Source of the DNA: Eledone cirrhosa
Lineage: Eukaryota
Assembly: GCA_964016885.1 (NCBI GenBank)
Contig: CAXHJY010000738.1
Location: forward strand, 62,001 to 126,000
Reading direction: 5' to 3'
Length of the DNA: 64,000 bases
In this document: one piece after another, positions 48,201 through 62,600 of the stretch
Layout of the letters: every line of letters begins with the position of its first letter
Numbering within the stretch: the first letter of the stretch is position 1
Position numbers and translations under genes: made by a program
The notes under the pieces: model-generated
Databases searched by the model: none
The model's input: the letters and a program-made list of their open reading frames with translations, nothing else
Told to the model about the DNA's origin: nothing

Positions 48201-51200
48201 TAGGTATATTACAGTACAGTAGATATATTACAGTACAGTAGATATATTACAGTACAGTAGATATATTACAGTACAGTAGATATATTACAGTACAGTAGGT
48301 ATATTACAGTACAGTAGATATATTACAGTACAGTAGGTATATTACAGTACAGTAGGTATATTACAGTACAGTAGATATATTACAGTACAGTAGATATATT
48401 ACAGTACAGTAGGTATAATACAGTACAGTAGGTATATTACAGTACAGTAGATATATTACAGTACAGTAGATATATTACAGTACAGTAGATATATTACAGT
48501 ACAGTAGGTATATTACAGTACAGTAGATATATTACAGTACAGTAGGTATATTACAGTACAGTAGGTATATTACAGTACAGTAGATATATTACAGTACAGT
48601 AGATATATTACAGTACAGTAGGTATAATACAGTACAGTAGGTATATTACAGTACAGTAGGTATATTACAGTACAGTAGGTATATTACAGTACAGTAGTTA
48701 TAATACAGTACAGTAGGTATATTACAGTACAGTAGTTATAATACAGTACAGTAGGTATATTACAGTACAGTAGGTATATTACAGTACAGAAGGTATTTTA
48801 CAGTACAGTAGGTATATAACAGTACAGTAGATATAATACAATACAGTAGATATATTACAGTACAGTAGGTATATTACAGTACAGTAGGTATATTACACTA
48901 CAGTAGGTATATTACAGTACAGTAGGTATATTAAAGTACAGTAGGTATAATACAGTACAGTAGGTATATTACAGTACAGTAGGTATATTACAGTACAGTA
49001 GATATATTACAGTACAGTAGATATAATACAGTACAGTAGATATATTACAGTACAGTAGGTATATTACAGTACAGTAGGTATATTACAGTACAGTAGGCAT
49101 ATTACAGTACAGTAGGTATATTACAGTACAGTAGATAGATTACAGTGCAGTAGATATATTACAGTACAGTAGGTATATTACAGTAGGTATATTATAGTAC
49201 AGTAGATATATTACAGTACAGTAGGTATATTACAGTACTGTAGATATATTACAGTACAGTAGATATATTACAGTACAGTAGGTATATTACAGTACAGTAG
49301 GTATATTACAGTACATTAGGTATATTATAGTACAGTAGGTATAATACAGTACAGTAGATATATTACAGTACAGTAGGTATATTACAGTACAGTAGGTATA
49401 TTACAGTACAGTAGATATATTACAGTACAGTAGGTATAATACAGTAAAGTAGGTATATTACAGTACAGTAGGTATATTACAGTACAGTAGGTATATTACA
49501 GTACAGTAGGTATATTACACTACAGTAGATATATTACAGTACAGTAGGTATATTACAGTACAGTAGGTATAATACCATACAGTAGGTATATAACAGTACA
49601 GTAGGTATATTACAGTACAGTAGGTATAATACAGTACAGTAGATATATTACAGTACAGTAGGTATATTACAGTACAGTAGGTATATTACAGTACAGTAGG
49701 TATATTACAGTACAGTAGATATATTACAGTACAGTAGATATATTACAGTACAGTAGATATATTACAGTACAGTAGGTATATTACAGTACAGTAGATAGAT
49801 TACAGTACAGTAGATAGATTACAGTACAGTAGGTATATTACAGTACAGTAGATAGATTACAGTACAGTAGATATATTACAGTACAGTAGGTATATTACAG
49901 TACAGTAGGTATATTACAGTACAGTAGGTATATTACAGTACAGTAGGTATAATACAGTACAGTAGGTATATTACAGTACAGTAGGTATATTACAGTACAG
50001 TAGGTATAATACAGTACAGTAGGTATATTACAGTACAGTAGTTATATTACAGTACAGTAGGTATGTTACAGTACAGTAGGTATATTACAGTACAGTTGGT
50101 ATATTACAGTACAGTAGGTATATTACAGTACAGTAGGTATATTACAGTACAATAGATATATTACAGTACAGTAGGTATATTACAGTACAGTAGGTATATT
50201 ACAGTACAGTAGATAGAGTACAGTACAGTAGATATATTACAGTACAGTAGGTATATTACAGTACAGTAGGTATATTACAGTACAGTAGGTATATTACAGT
50301 ACAGTAGGTATATTACAGTACAGTAGATATATTACAGTACAGTAGGTATATTACAATACAGTAGGTATATTACAGTACAGTAGGTATATTACAGTACAGT
50401 AGGTATATTACAGTACAGTAGATATATTACAGTACAGTAGATATATTACAGTACAGTAGATAGATTACAGTACAGTAGATATATTACAGTACAGTAGGTA
50501 TATTATAGTACAGTAGGTATATTACAGTACAGTAGGTATATTACAGTACAGTAGATATAATACAGGAAAGTAGGTATATTACAGTACAGTAGGTATATTA
50601 CATTACAGAAGGTATAATACAGTACAGTAGGTATATTACAGTACAGTAGGTATATTACAGTACAGTAGGTATGTTACAGTACATTAGGTATATTACAGTA
50701 CAGTAGGTATATTACAGTACAGTAGGTATATTACAGTACAGTAGGTATATCACAGTACAGTAGATATATTACAGTACAGTAGGTATATTACAGTACAGTA
50801 GGTATATTACAGTACAGTAGATAGAGTACAGTACAGTAGATATATTACAGTACAGTAGGTATAATACAGTACAGTAGGTATATTACAGTACAGTAGGTAT
50901 ATTACAGTACAGTAGGTATATTACAGTACAGTAGGTATATTACAGTACAGTAGATATATTGCAGTCCAGTAGGTATATTACAGTACAGTAGGTATATTAC
51001 AGTACAGTAGGTATATTACAGTACAGTAGATATATTACAGTACAGTAGGTATATTACAGTACAGTAGGTATATTACAGTACAGTAGATAGAGTACAGTAC
51101 AGTAGATATATTACAGTACAGTAGGTATAATACAGTACAGTAGGTATATTACAGTACAGTAGGTATATTACAGTACAGTAGGTATATTACAGTACAGTAG

Positions 51201-53630
51201 GTATATTACAGTACAGTAGGTATATTACAGTACAGTAGATATATTGCAGTACAGTAGGTATATTACAGTACAGTAGATAGATTACAGTACATTAGATATA
51301 TTACAGTACAGTAGGTATATTACAGTACAGTAGATATATTACAGTACAGTAGGTATATTACAGTACAGTAGATAGATTACAGTACAGTAGGTATAATACA
51401 GTACAGTAGGTATATTACAGTACAGTAGGTATATTACAGTACAGTAGGTATATTACAGTACAGTAGTTATAATACAGTACAGTAGGTATATTACAGTACA
51501 GTAGTTATAATACAGTACAGTAGGTATATTACAGTACAGTAGGTATATTACAGTACAGTAGGTATTTTACAGTACAGTAGGTATATTACAGTACAGTAGA
51601 TATAATACAATACAGTAGATATATTACAGTACAGTAGGTATATTACAGTACAGTAGGTATATTACAGTACAGTAGGTATATTACACTACAGTAGATATAT
51701 TACAGTACAGTAGGTATATTACAGTACAGTAGGTATAATACCATACAGTAGGTATATTACAGTACAGTAGGTATATTACAGTACAGTAGGTATTTTACAG
51801 TACAGTAGGTATATTACAGTACAGTAGATATAATACAATACAGTAGATATATTACAGTACAGTAGGTATATTACAGTACAGTAGGTATATTACAGTACAG
51901 TAGGTATATTACAGTACAGTAGGTATAATACAGTACAGTAGGTATATTACAGTACAGTAGGTATATTACAGTACAGTAGGTATAATACAGTACAGTAGGT
52001 ATATTACAGTACAGTAGTTATATTACAGTACAGTAGGTATGTTACAGTACAGTAGGTATATTACAGTACAGTTGGTATATTACAGTACAGTAGGTATATT
52101 ACAGTACAGTAGGTATATTACAGTACAATAGATATATTACAGTACAGTAGGTATATTACAGTACAGTAGGTATATTACAGTACAGTAGATAGAGTACAGT
52201 ACAGTAGATATATTACAATACAGTAGGTATATTACAGTACAGTAGGTATATTACAGTACAGTAGGTATATTACAGTACAGTAGGTATATTACAGTACAGT
52301 AGATATATTACAGTACAGTAGGTATATTACAGTACAGTAGATATATTACAGTACAGTAGATATATTACAGTACAGTAGATATATTACAGTACAGTAGATA
52401 TATTACAGTACAGTAGGTATATTACAGTACAGTAGATATATTACAGTACAGTAGGTATATTACAGTACAGTAGGTATATTACAGTACAGTAGATATATTA
52501 CAGTACAGTAGATATATTACAGTACAGTAGGTATAATACAGTACAGTAGGTATATTACAGTACAGTAGATATATTACAGTACAGTAGATATATTACAGTA
52601 CAGTAGATATATTACAGTACAGTAGGTATATTACAGTACAGTAGATATATTACAGTACAGTAGGTATATTACAGTACAGTAGGTATATTACAGTACAGTA
52701 GATATATTACAGTACAGTAGATATATTACAGTACAGTAGGTATAATACAGTACAGTAGGTATATTACAGTACAGTAGGTATATTACAGTACAGTAGGTAT
52801 ATTACAGTACAGTAGTTATAATACAGTACAGTAGGTATATTACAGTACAGTAGTTATAATACAGTACAGTAGGTATATTACAGTACAGTAGGTATATTAC
52901 AGTACAGAAGGTATTTTACAGTACAGTAGGTATATAACAGTACAGTAGATATAATACAATACAGTAGATATATTACAGTACAGTAGGTATATTACAGTAC
53001 AGTAGGTATATTACACTACAGTAGGTATATTACAGTACAGTAGGTATATTAAAGTACAGTAGGTATAATACAGTACAGTAGGTATATTACAGTACAGTAG
53101 GTATATTACAGTACAGTAGATATATTACAGTACAGTAGATATAATACAGTACAGTAGATATATTACAGTACAGTAGGTATATTACAGTACAGTAGGTATA
53201 TTACAGTACAGTAGGCATATTACAGTACAGTAGGTATATTACAGTACAGTAGATAGATTACAGTACAGTAGATATATTACAGTACAGTAGGTATATTACA
53301 GTAGGTATATTATAGTACAGTAGATATATTACAGTACAGTAGGTATATTACAGTACTGTAGATATATTACAGTACAGTAGATATATTACAGTACAGTAGG
53401 TATATTACAGTACAGTAGGTATATTACAGTACATTAGGTATATTATAGTACAGTAGGTATAATACAGTACAGTAGATATATTACAGTACAGTAGGTATAT
53501 TACAGTACAGTAGGTATATTACAGTACAGTAGATATATTACAGTACAGTAGGTATAATACAGTAAAGTAGGTATATTACAGTACAGTAGGTATATTACAG
53601 TACAGTAGGTATATTACAGTACAGTAGGTA
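45340..53630. repeat. Near-perfect tandem duplication, period 4,118 bp (217 monomers including one 14-bp unit)
   Basis: ACACTAC 45399/49517, GGAAAG 46447/50565, GTCC 46846/50964 and AGTAAAG 49443/53561 are all offset 4,118 = 217x19-5. Confidence 0.92.
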
Positions 53631-56600
53631 TATTACAGTACAGTAGATATATTACAGTACAGTAGGTATATTACAGTACAGTAGGTATATTACAGTACAG
53701 TAGATAGAGTACAGTACAGTAGATATGTTACAGTACAGTAGGTATATTACAGTACAGTAGGTATATTACAGTACAGTAGGTATATTACAGTACAGTAGGT
53801 ATATTACAGTACAGTAGGTATATTACAGTACAGTAGATATATTACAGTACAGTAGGTATATTACAGTACAGTAGATAGATTACAGTACAGTAGGTATATT
53901 ACAGTACAGTAGATATATTACAGTACAGTAGATATATTACAGTACAGTAGATATATTACAGTACAGTAGGTATATTACAGTACAGTAGATATATTACAGT
54001 ACAGTAGGTATATTACAGTACAGTAGATATATTACAGTACAGTAGGTATATTACAGTACAGTAGGTATATTACAGTACAGTAGGTATATTACAGTACAGT
54101 AGTTATAATACAGTACAGTAGGTATATTACAGTACAGTAGTTATAATACAGTACAGTAGGTATATTACAGTACAGTAGGTATATTACAGTACAGTAGGTA
54201 TATTACAGTACAGTAGATATATTACAGTACAGTAGGTATATTACAGTACAGTAGGTATATTACAGTACAGTAGGTTTATTACAGTACAGTAGATATATTA
54301 CAGTACGGTAGTTATATTACAGTACAGTAGGTATATTACAGTACAGTAGGTATATTACAGTACAGTAGGTATATTACTGTACAGTAGGTATATTACAGTA
54401 CAGTAGATATATTACAGTACAGTAGTTATATTACAGTACAGTAGGTATATTACAGTACAGTAGGTATATTACAGTACAGTAGATATATTACAGTACAGTA
54501 GGTATATTACAGTACAGTAGGTATATTACAGTACAGTAGGTATATTACAGTACAGTAGGTATATTACAGTACAGTAGGTATATTACACTACAGTAGGTAT
54601 ATTACAGTACAGTAGGTATATTAAAGTACAGTAGGTATAATACAGTACAGTAGGTATATTACAGTACAGTAGGTATATTACAGTACAGTAGATATATTAC
54701 AGTACAGTAGATATAATACAGTACAGTAGATATATTACAGTACAGTAGGTATATTACAGTACAGTAGGCATATTACAGTACAGTAGGTATATTACAGTAC
54801 AGTAGGTATATTACAGTACAGTAGGTATATTACAGTACAGTAGGCATATTACAGTACAGTAGGTATATTACAGTACAGTAGATAGATTACAGTACAGTAG
54901 ATATATTACAGTACAGTAGGTATATTACAGTAGGTATATTATAGTACAGTAGATATATTACAGTACAGTAGGTATATTACAGTACTGTAGATATATTACA
55001 GTACAGTAGATATATTACAGTACAGTAGGTATATTACAGTACAGTAGGTATATTACAGTACATTAGGTATATTATAGTACAGTAGGTATAATACAGTACA
55101 GTAGATATATTACAGTACAGTAGGTATATTACAGTACAGTAGGTATATTACAGTACAGTAGATATATTACAGTACAGTAGGTATAATACAGTAAAGTAGG
55201 TATATTACAGTACAGTAGGTATATTACAGTACAGTAGGTATATTACAGTACAGTAGGTATATTACAGTACAGTAGATATATTACAGTACAGTAGGTATAT
55301 TACAGTACAGTAGGTATATTACAGTACAGTAGATAGAGTACAGTACAGTAGATATATTACAGTACAGTAGGTATATTACAGTACAGTAGGTGTATTACAG
55401 TACAGTAGATATATTACAGTACTACAGTACAGTAGGTATATTACAGTTCAGTAGATATATTACAGTACAGTAGGTATATTACAGTACAGTAGGTATATTA
55501 CAGTACAGTAGGTATATTACAGTGCAGTAGGTATATTACAGTACAGTAGATATATTACAGTACAGTAGTTATATTACAGTACAGTAGATAGATTACAGTA
55601 CAGTAGGTATATTACAGTACAGTAGATATATTACAGTACAGTAGATATATTACAGTACAGTAGGTATATTACAGTACAGTAGATATATTACAGTACAGTA
55701 GGTATATTACAGTACAGTAGATATATTACAGTACAGTAGGTATATTACAGTACAGTAGGTATATTACAGTACAGTAGATATATTACAGTACAGTAGATAT
55801 ATTACAGTACAGTAGGTATAATACAGTACAGTAGGTATATTACAGTACAGTAGATATATTACAGTACAGTAGGTATATTACAGTACAGTAGTTATAATAC
55901 AGTACAGTAGCTATATTACAGTACAGTAGTTATAATACAGTACAGTAGGTATATTACAGTACAGTAGGTATATTACAGTACAGTAGGTATATTACAGTAC
56001 AGTAGATATATTACAGTACAGTAGGTATATTACAGTACAGTAGATAGATTACAGTACAGTAGGTATAATACAGTACAGTAGGTATATTACAGTACAGTAG
56101 GTATATTACAGTACAGTAGGTATATTACAGTACAGTAGTTATAATACAGTACAGTAGGTATATTACAGTACAGTAGTTATAATACAGTACAGTAGGTATA
56201 TTACAGTACAGTAGGTATATTACAGTACAGTAGGTATTTTACAGTACAGTAGGTATATTACAGTACAGTAGATATAATACAATACAGTAGATATATTACA
56301 GTACAGTAGGTATATTACAGTACAGTAGGTATATTACAGTACAGTAGGTATATTACACTACAGTAGATATATTACAGTACAGTAGGTATATTACAGTACA
56401 GTAGGTATAATACCATACAGTAGGTATATAACAGTACAGTAGGTATATTACAGTACAGTAGGTATAATACAGTACAGTAGATATATTACAGTACAGTAGG
56501 TATATTACAGTACAGTAGGTATATTACAGTACAGTAGGTATATTACAGTACAGTAGATATATTACAGTACAGTAGATATATTACAGTACAGTAGATATAT

Positions 56601-59600
56601 TACAGTACAGTAGGTATATTACAGTACAGTAGATAGATTACAGTACAGTAGATAGATTACAGTACAGTAGGTATATTACAGTACAGTAGATAGATTACAG
56701 TACAGTAGATATATTACAGTACAGTAGGTATATTACAGTACAGTAGGTATATTACAGTACAGTAGGTATATTACAGTACAGTAGGTATAATACAGTACAG
56801 TAGGTATATTACAGTACAGTAGGTATATTACAGTACAGTAGGTATAATACAGTACAGTAGGTATATTACAGTACAGTAGTTATATTACAGTACAGTAGGT
56901 ATGTTACAGTACAGTAGGTATATTACAGTACAGTTGGTATATTACAGTACAGTAGGTATATTACAGTACAGTAGGTATATTACAGTACAATAGATATATT
57001 ACAGTACAGTAGGTATATTACAGTACAGTAGGTATATTACAGTACAGTAGATAGAGTACAGTACAGTAGATATATTACAGTACAGTAGGTATATTACAGT
57101 ACAGTAGGTATATTACAGTACAGTAGGTATATTACAGTACAGTAGGTATATTACAGTACAGTAGATATATTACAGTACAGTAGGTATATTACAATACAGT
57201 AGGTATATTACAGTACAGTAGGTATATTACAGTACAGTAGGTATATTACAGTACAGTAGATATATTACAGTACAGTAGATATATTACAGTACAGTAGATA
57301 TATTACAGTACAGTAGATAGATTACAGTACAGTAGATATATTACAGTACAGTAGGTATATTATAGTACAGTAGGTATATTACAGTACAGTAGGTATATTA
57401 CAGTACAGTAGATATAATACAGGAAAGTAGGTATATTACAGTACAGTAGGTATATTACATTACAGAAGGTATAATACAGTACAGTAGGTATATTACAGTA
57501 CAGTAGGTATATTACAGTACAGTAGGTATGTTACAGTACATTAGGTATATTACAGTACAGTAGGTATATTACAGTACAGTAGGTATATTACAGTACAGTA
57601 GGTATATCACAGTACAGTAGATATATTACAGTACAGTAGGTATATTACAGTACAGTAGGTATATTACAGTACAGTAGATAGAGTACAGTACAGTAGATAT
57701 ATTACAGTACAGTAGGTATAATACAGTACAGTAGGTATATTACAGTACAGTAGGTATATTACAGTACAGTAGGTATATTACAGTACAGTAGGTATATTAC
57801 AGTACAGTAGATATATTGCAGTCCAGTAGGTATATTACAGTACAGTAGGTATATTACAGTACAGTAGGTATATTACAGTACAGTAGATATATTACAGTAC
57901 AGTAGGTATATTACAGTACAGTAGGTATATTACAGTACAGTAGATAGAGTACAGTACAGTAGATATATTACAGTACAGTAGGTATAATACAGTACAGTAG
58001 GTATATTACAGTACAGTAGGTATATTACAGTACAGTAGGTATATTACAGTACAGTAGGTATATTACAGTACAGTAGGTATATTACAGTACAGTAGATATA
58101 TTGCAGTACAGTAGGTATATTACAGTACAGTAGATAGATTACAGTACATTAGATATATTACAGTACAGTAGGTATATTACAGTACAGTAGATATATTACA
58201 GTACAGTAGGTATATTACAGTACAGTAGATAGATTACAGTACAGTAGGTATAATACAGTACAGTAGGTATATTACAGTACAGTAGGTATATTACAGTACA
58301 GTAGGTATATTACAGTACAGTAGTTATAATACAGTACAGTAGGTATATTACAGTACAGTAGTTATAATACAGTACAGTAGGTATATTACAGTACAGTAGG
58401 TATATTACAGTACAGTAGGTATTTTACAGTACAGTAGGTATATTACAGTACAGTAGATATAATACAATACAGTAGATATATTACAGTACAGTAGGTATAT
58501 TACAGTACAGTAGGTATATTACAGTACAGTAGGTATATTACACTACAGTAGATATATTACAGTACAGTAGGTATATTACAGTACAGTAGGTATAATACCA
58601 TACAGTAGGTATATTACAGTACAGTAGGTATATTACAGTACAGTAGGTATTTTACAGTACAGTAGGTATATTACAGTACAGTAGATATAATACAATACAG
58701 TAGATATATTACAGTACAGTAGGTATATTACAGTACAGTAGGTATATTACAGTACAGTAGGTATATTACAGTACAGTAGGTATAATACAGTACAGTAGGT
58801 ATATTACAGTACAGTAGGTATATTACAGTACAGTAGGTATAATACAGTACAGTAGGTATATTACAGTACAGTAGTTATATTACAGTACAGTAGGTATGTT
58901 ACAGTACAGTAGGTATATTACAGTACAGTAGGTATGTTACAGTACAGTAGGTATATTACAGTACAGTTGGTATATTACAGTACAGTAGGTATATTACAGT
59001 ACAGTAGGTATATTACAGTACAATAGATATATTACAGTACAGTAGGTATATTACAGTACAGTAGGTATATTACAGTACAGTAGATAGAGTACAGTACAGT
59101 AGATATATTACAATACAGTAGGTATATTACAGTACAGTAGGTATATTACAGTACAGTAGGTATATTACAGTACAGTAGGTATATTACAGTACAGTAGATA
59201 TATTACAGTACAGTAGGTATATTACAATACAGTAGGTATATTACAGTACAGTAGGTATATTACAGTACAGTAGGTATATTACAGTACAGTAGATATATTA
59301 CAGTACAGTAGATATATTACTGTACAGTAGATAGATTACAGTACAGTAGATATATTACATTACACTAGGTATATTACAGTACAGTAGATATATTACAGTA
59401 CAGTAGGTATATTATAGTACAGTAGGTATATTACAGTACAGTAGGTATATTACAGTAGGTATAATACAGTAAAGTAGGTATATTACAGTACAGTAGGTAT
59501 ATTACATTACAGAAGGTATAATACAGTACAGTAGGTATATTACAGTACAGTAGGTATATTACAGTACAGTAGGTATGTTACAGTACATTAGGTATATTAC

Positions 59601-62600
59601 AGTACAGTAGGTATATTACAGTACAGTAGGTATATTACAGTACAGTAGGTATATTACAGTACAATAGATATATTACAGTACAGTAGGTATATTACAGTAC
59701 AGTAGGTATATTACAGTACAGTAGATAGATTACAGTACATTAGATATATTACAGTACAGTAGATATATTACAGTACAATAGGTATATTACAGTACAGTAG
59801 GTATATTACAGTACAGTAGATATATTACAGTACAGTAGGTATATTACAGTACAGTAGATATATTACAGTACAGTAGATATATTACAGTACAGTAGGTATA
59901 TTACAGTACAGTAGGTATATTACAGTACAGTAGGTATATTACAGTACAGTAGGTATATTACAGTACAGTAGATATATTACAGTACAGTAGGTATAATACA
60001 GTACAGTAGGTATATTACAGTACAGTAGGTATATTACAGTACATTAGGTATATTACAGTACAGTAGTTATAATACAGTACAGTAGGTATATTACAGTACA
60101 GTAGGTATATTACAGTACAGTAGGTATATTACAGTACAGTAGGTATATTGCAGTACAGTAGGTATATTACAGTACAGTAGATATAATACAGTACAGTAGA
60201 TATATTACAGTACAGTAGGTATATTACAGTACAGTTGGAATATTACAGTACAGTAGGTATATTACAGTACAGTAGGTATATTACAGTACAGTAGGTATAT
60301 TACAGTACACTAGGTATATTACAGTACAGTAGGTATATTACAGTACAGTAGATACATTACAGTACAGTAGGTATATTACAGTACAGTAGGTATATTACAG
60401 TACAGTAGGTATATTACAGTACAGTAGGTATATTACAGTACAGTAGATATATTACAGTACAGTAGGTATATTACAGTACAGTAGGTATATTACAGTACAG
60501 TAGATATATTACAGTACAGTAGGTATATTACAGTACAGTAGGTATATTACAGTACAGTAGATAGAGTACAGTACAGTAGATATATTACAGTACAGTAGGT
60601 ATATTACAGTACAGTAGGTATATTACAGTAAGTAGGTATATTACAGTACAGTAGGTATATTACAGTACAGTAGATATATTACAGTACAGTAGGTATATTA
60701 CAGTACAGTAGATAGATTACAGTACAGTAGGTATATTACAGTACAGTAGATATATTACAGTACAGTAGATATATTACAGTACAGTAGATATATTACAGTA
60801 CAGTAGGTATATTACAGTACAGTAGATATATTACAGTACAGTAGGTATATTACAGTACAGTAGATATATTACAGTACAGTAGGTATATTACAGTACAGTA
60901 CGTATATTACAGTACAGTAGATATATTACAGTACAGTAGATATATTACAGTACAGTAGGTATAATACAGTACAGTAGGTATATTACAGTACAGTAGGTAT
61001 ATTACAGTACAGTAGGTATATTACAGTACAGTAGTTATAATACAGTACAGTAGGTATATTACAGTACAGTAGTTATAATACAGTACAGTAGGTATATTAC
61101 AGTACAGTAGGTATATTACAGTACAGAAGGTATTTTACAGTACAGTAGGTATATAACAGTACCGTAGATATAATACAATACAGTAGATATATTACAGTAC
61201 AGTAGGTATATTACAGTACAGTAGGTATATTACAGTACAGTAGGTATATTACACTACAGTAGATATATTACAGTACAGTAGGTATATTACAGTACAGTAG
61301 GTATAATACCATACAGTAGGTATATTACAGTACAGTAGGTATATTACATTACAGTAGCTATAATACAGTACAGTAGATATATAACAGTACAGTAGGTATA
61401 TTACAGTACAGTAGGTATAATACAGTACAGTAGATATATTACAGTACAGTAGGTATATTACAGTACAGTAGGTATATTACAGTACAGTAGGTATATTACA
61501 GTACAGTAGATATATTACAGTACAGTAGATATATTACAGTACAGTAGATATATTACAGTACAGTAGGTATATTACAGTACAGTAGATAGATTACAGTACA
61601 GTAGATAGATTACAGTACAGTAGGTATATTACAGTACAGTAGATAGATTACAGTACAGTAGATATATTACAGTACAGTAGGTATATTACAGTACAGTAGG
61701 TATATTACAGTACAGTAGGTATATTACAGTACAGTAGGTATAATACAGTACAGTAGGTATATTACAGTACAGTAGGTATATTACAGTACAGTAGGTATAA
61801 TACAGTACAGTAGGTATATTACAGTACAGTAGTTATATTACAGTACAGTAGGTATGTTACAGTACAGTAGGTATATTACAGTACAGTTGGTATATTACAG
61901 TACAGTAGGTATATTACAGTACAGTAGGTATATTACAGTACAATAGATATATTACAGTACAGTAGGTATATTACAGTACAGTAGGTATATTACAGTACAG
62001 TAGATAGAGTACAGTACAGTAGATATATTACAGTACAGTAGGTATATTACAGTACAGTAGGTATATTACAGTACAGTAGGTATATTACAGTACAGTAGGT
62101 ATATTACAGTACAGTAGATATATTACAGTACAGTAGGTATATTACAATACAGTAGGTATATTACAGTACAGTAGGTATATTACAGTACAGTAGGTATATT
62201 ACAGTACAGTAGATATATTACAGTACAGTAGATATATTACAGTACAGTAGATAGATTACAGTACAGTAGATATATTACAGTACAGTAGGTATATTATAGT
62301 ACAGTAGGTATATTACAGTACAGTAGGTATATTACAGTACAGTAGATATAATACAGGAAAGTAGGTATATTACAGTACAGTAGGTATATTACATTACAGA
62401 AGGTATAATACAGTACAGTAGGTATATTACAGTACAGTAGGTATATTACAGTACAGTAGGTATGTTACAGTACATTAGGTATATTACAGTACAGTAGGTA
62501 TATTACAGTACAGTAGGTATATTACAGTACAGTAGGTATATCACAGTACAGTAGATATATTACAGTACAGTAGGTATATTACAGTACAGTAGGTATATTA

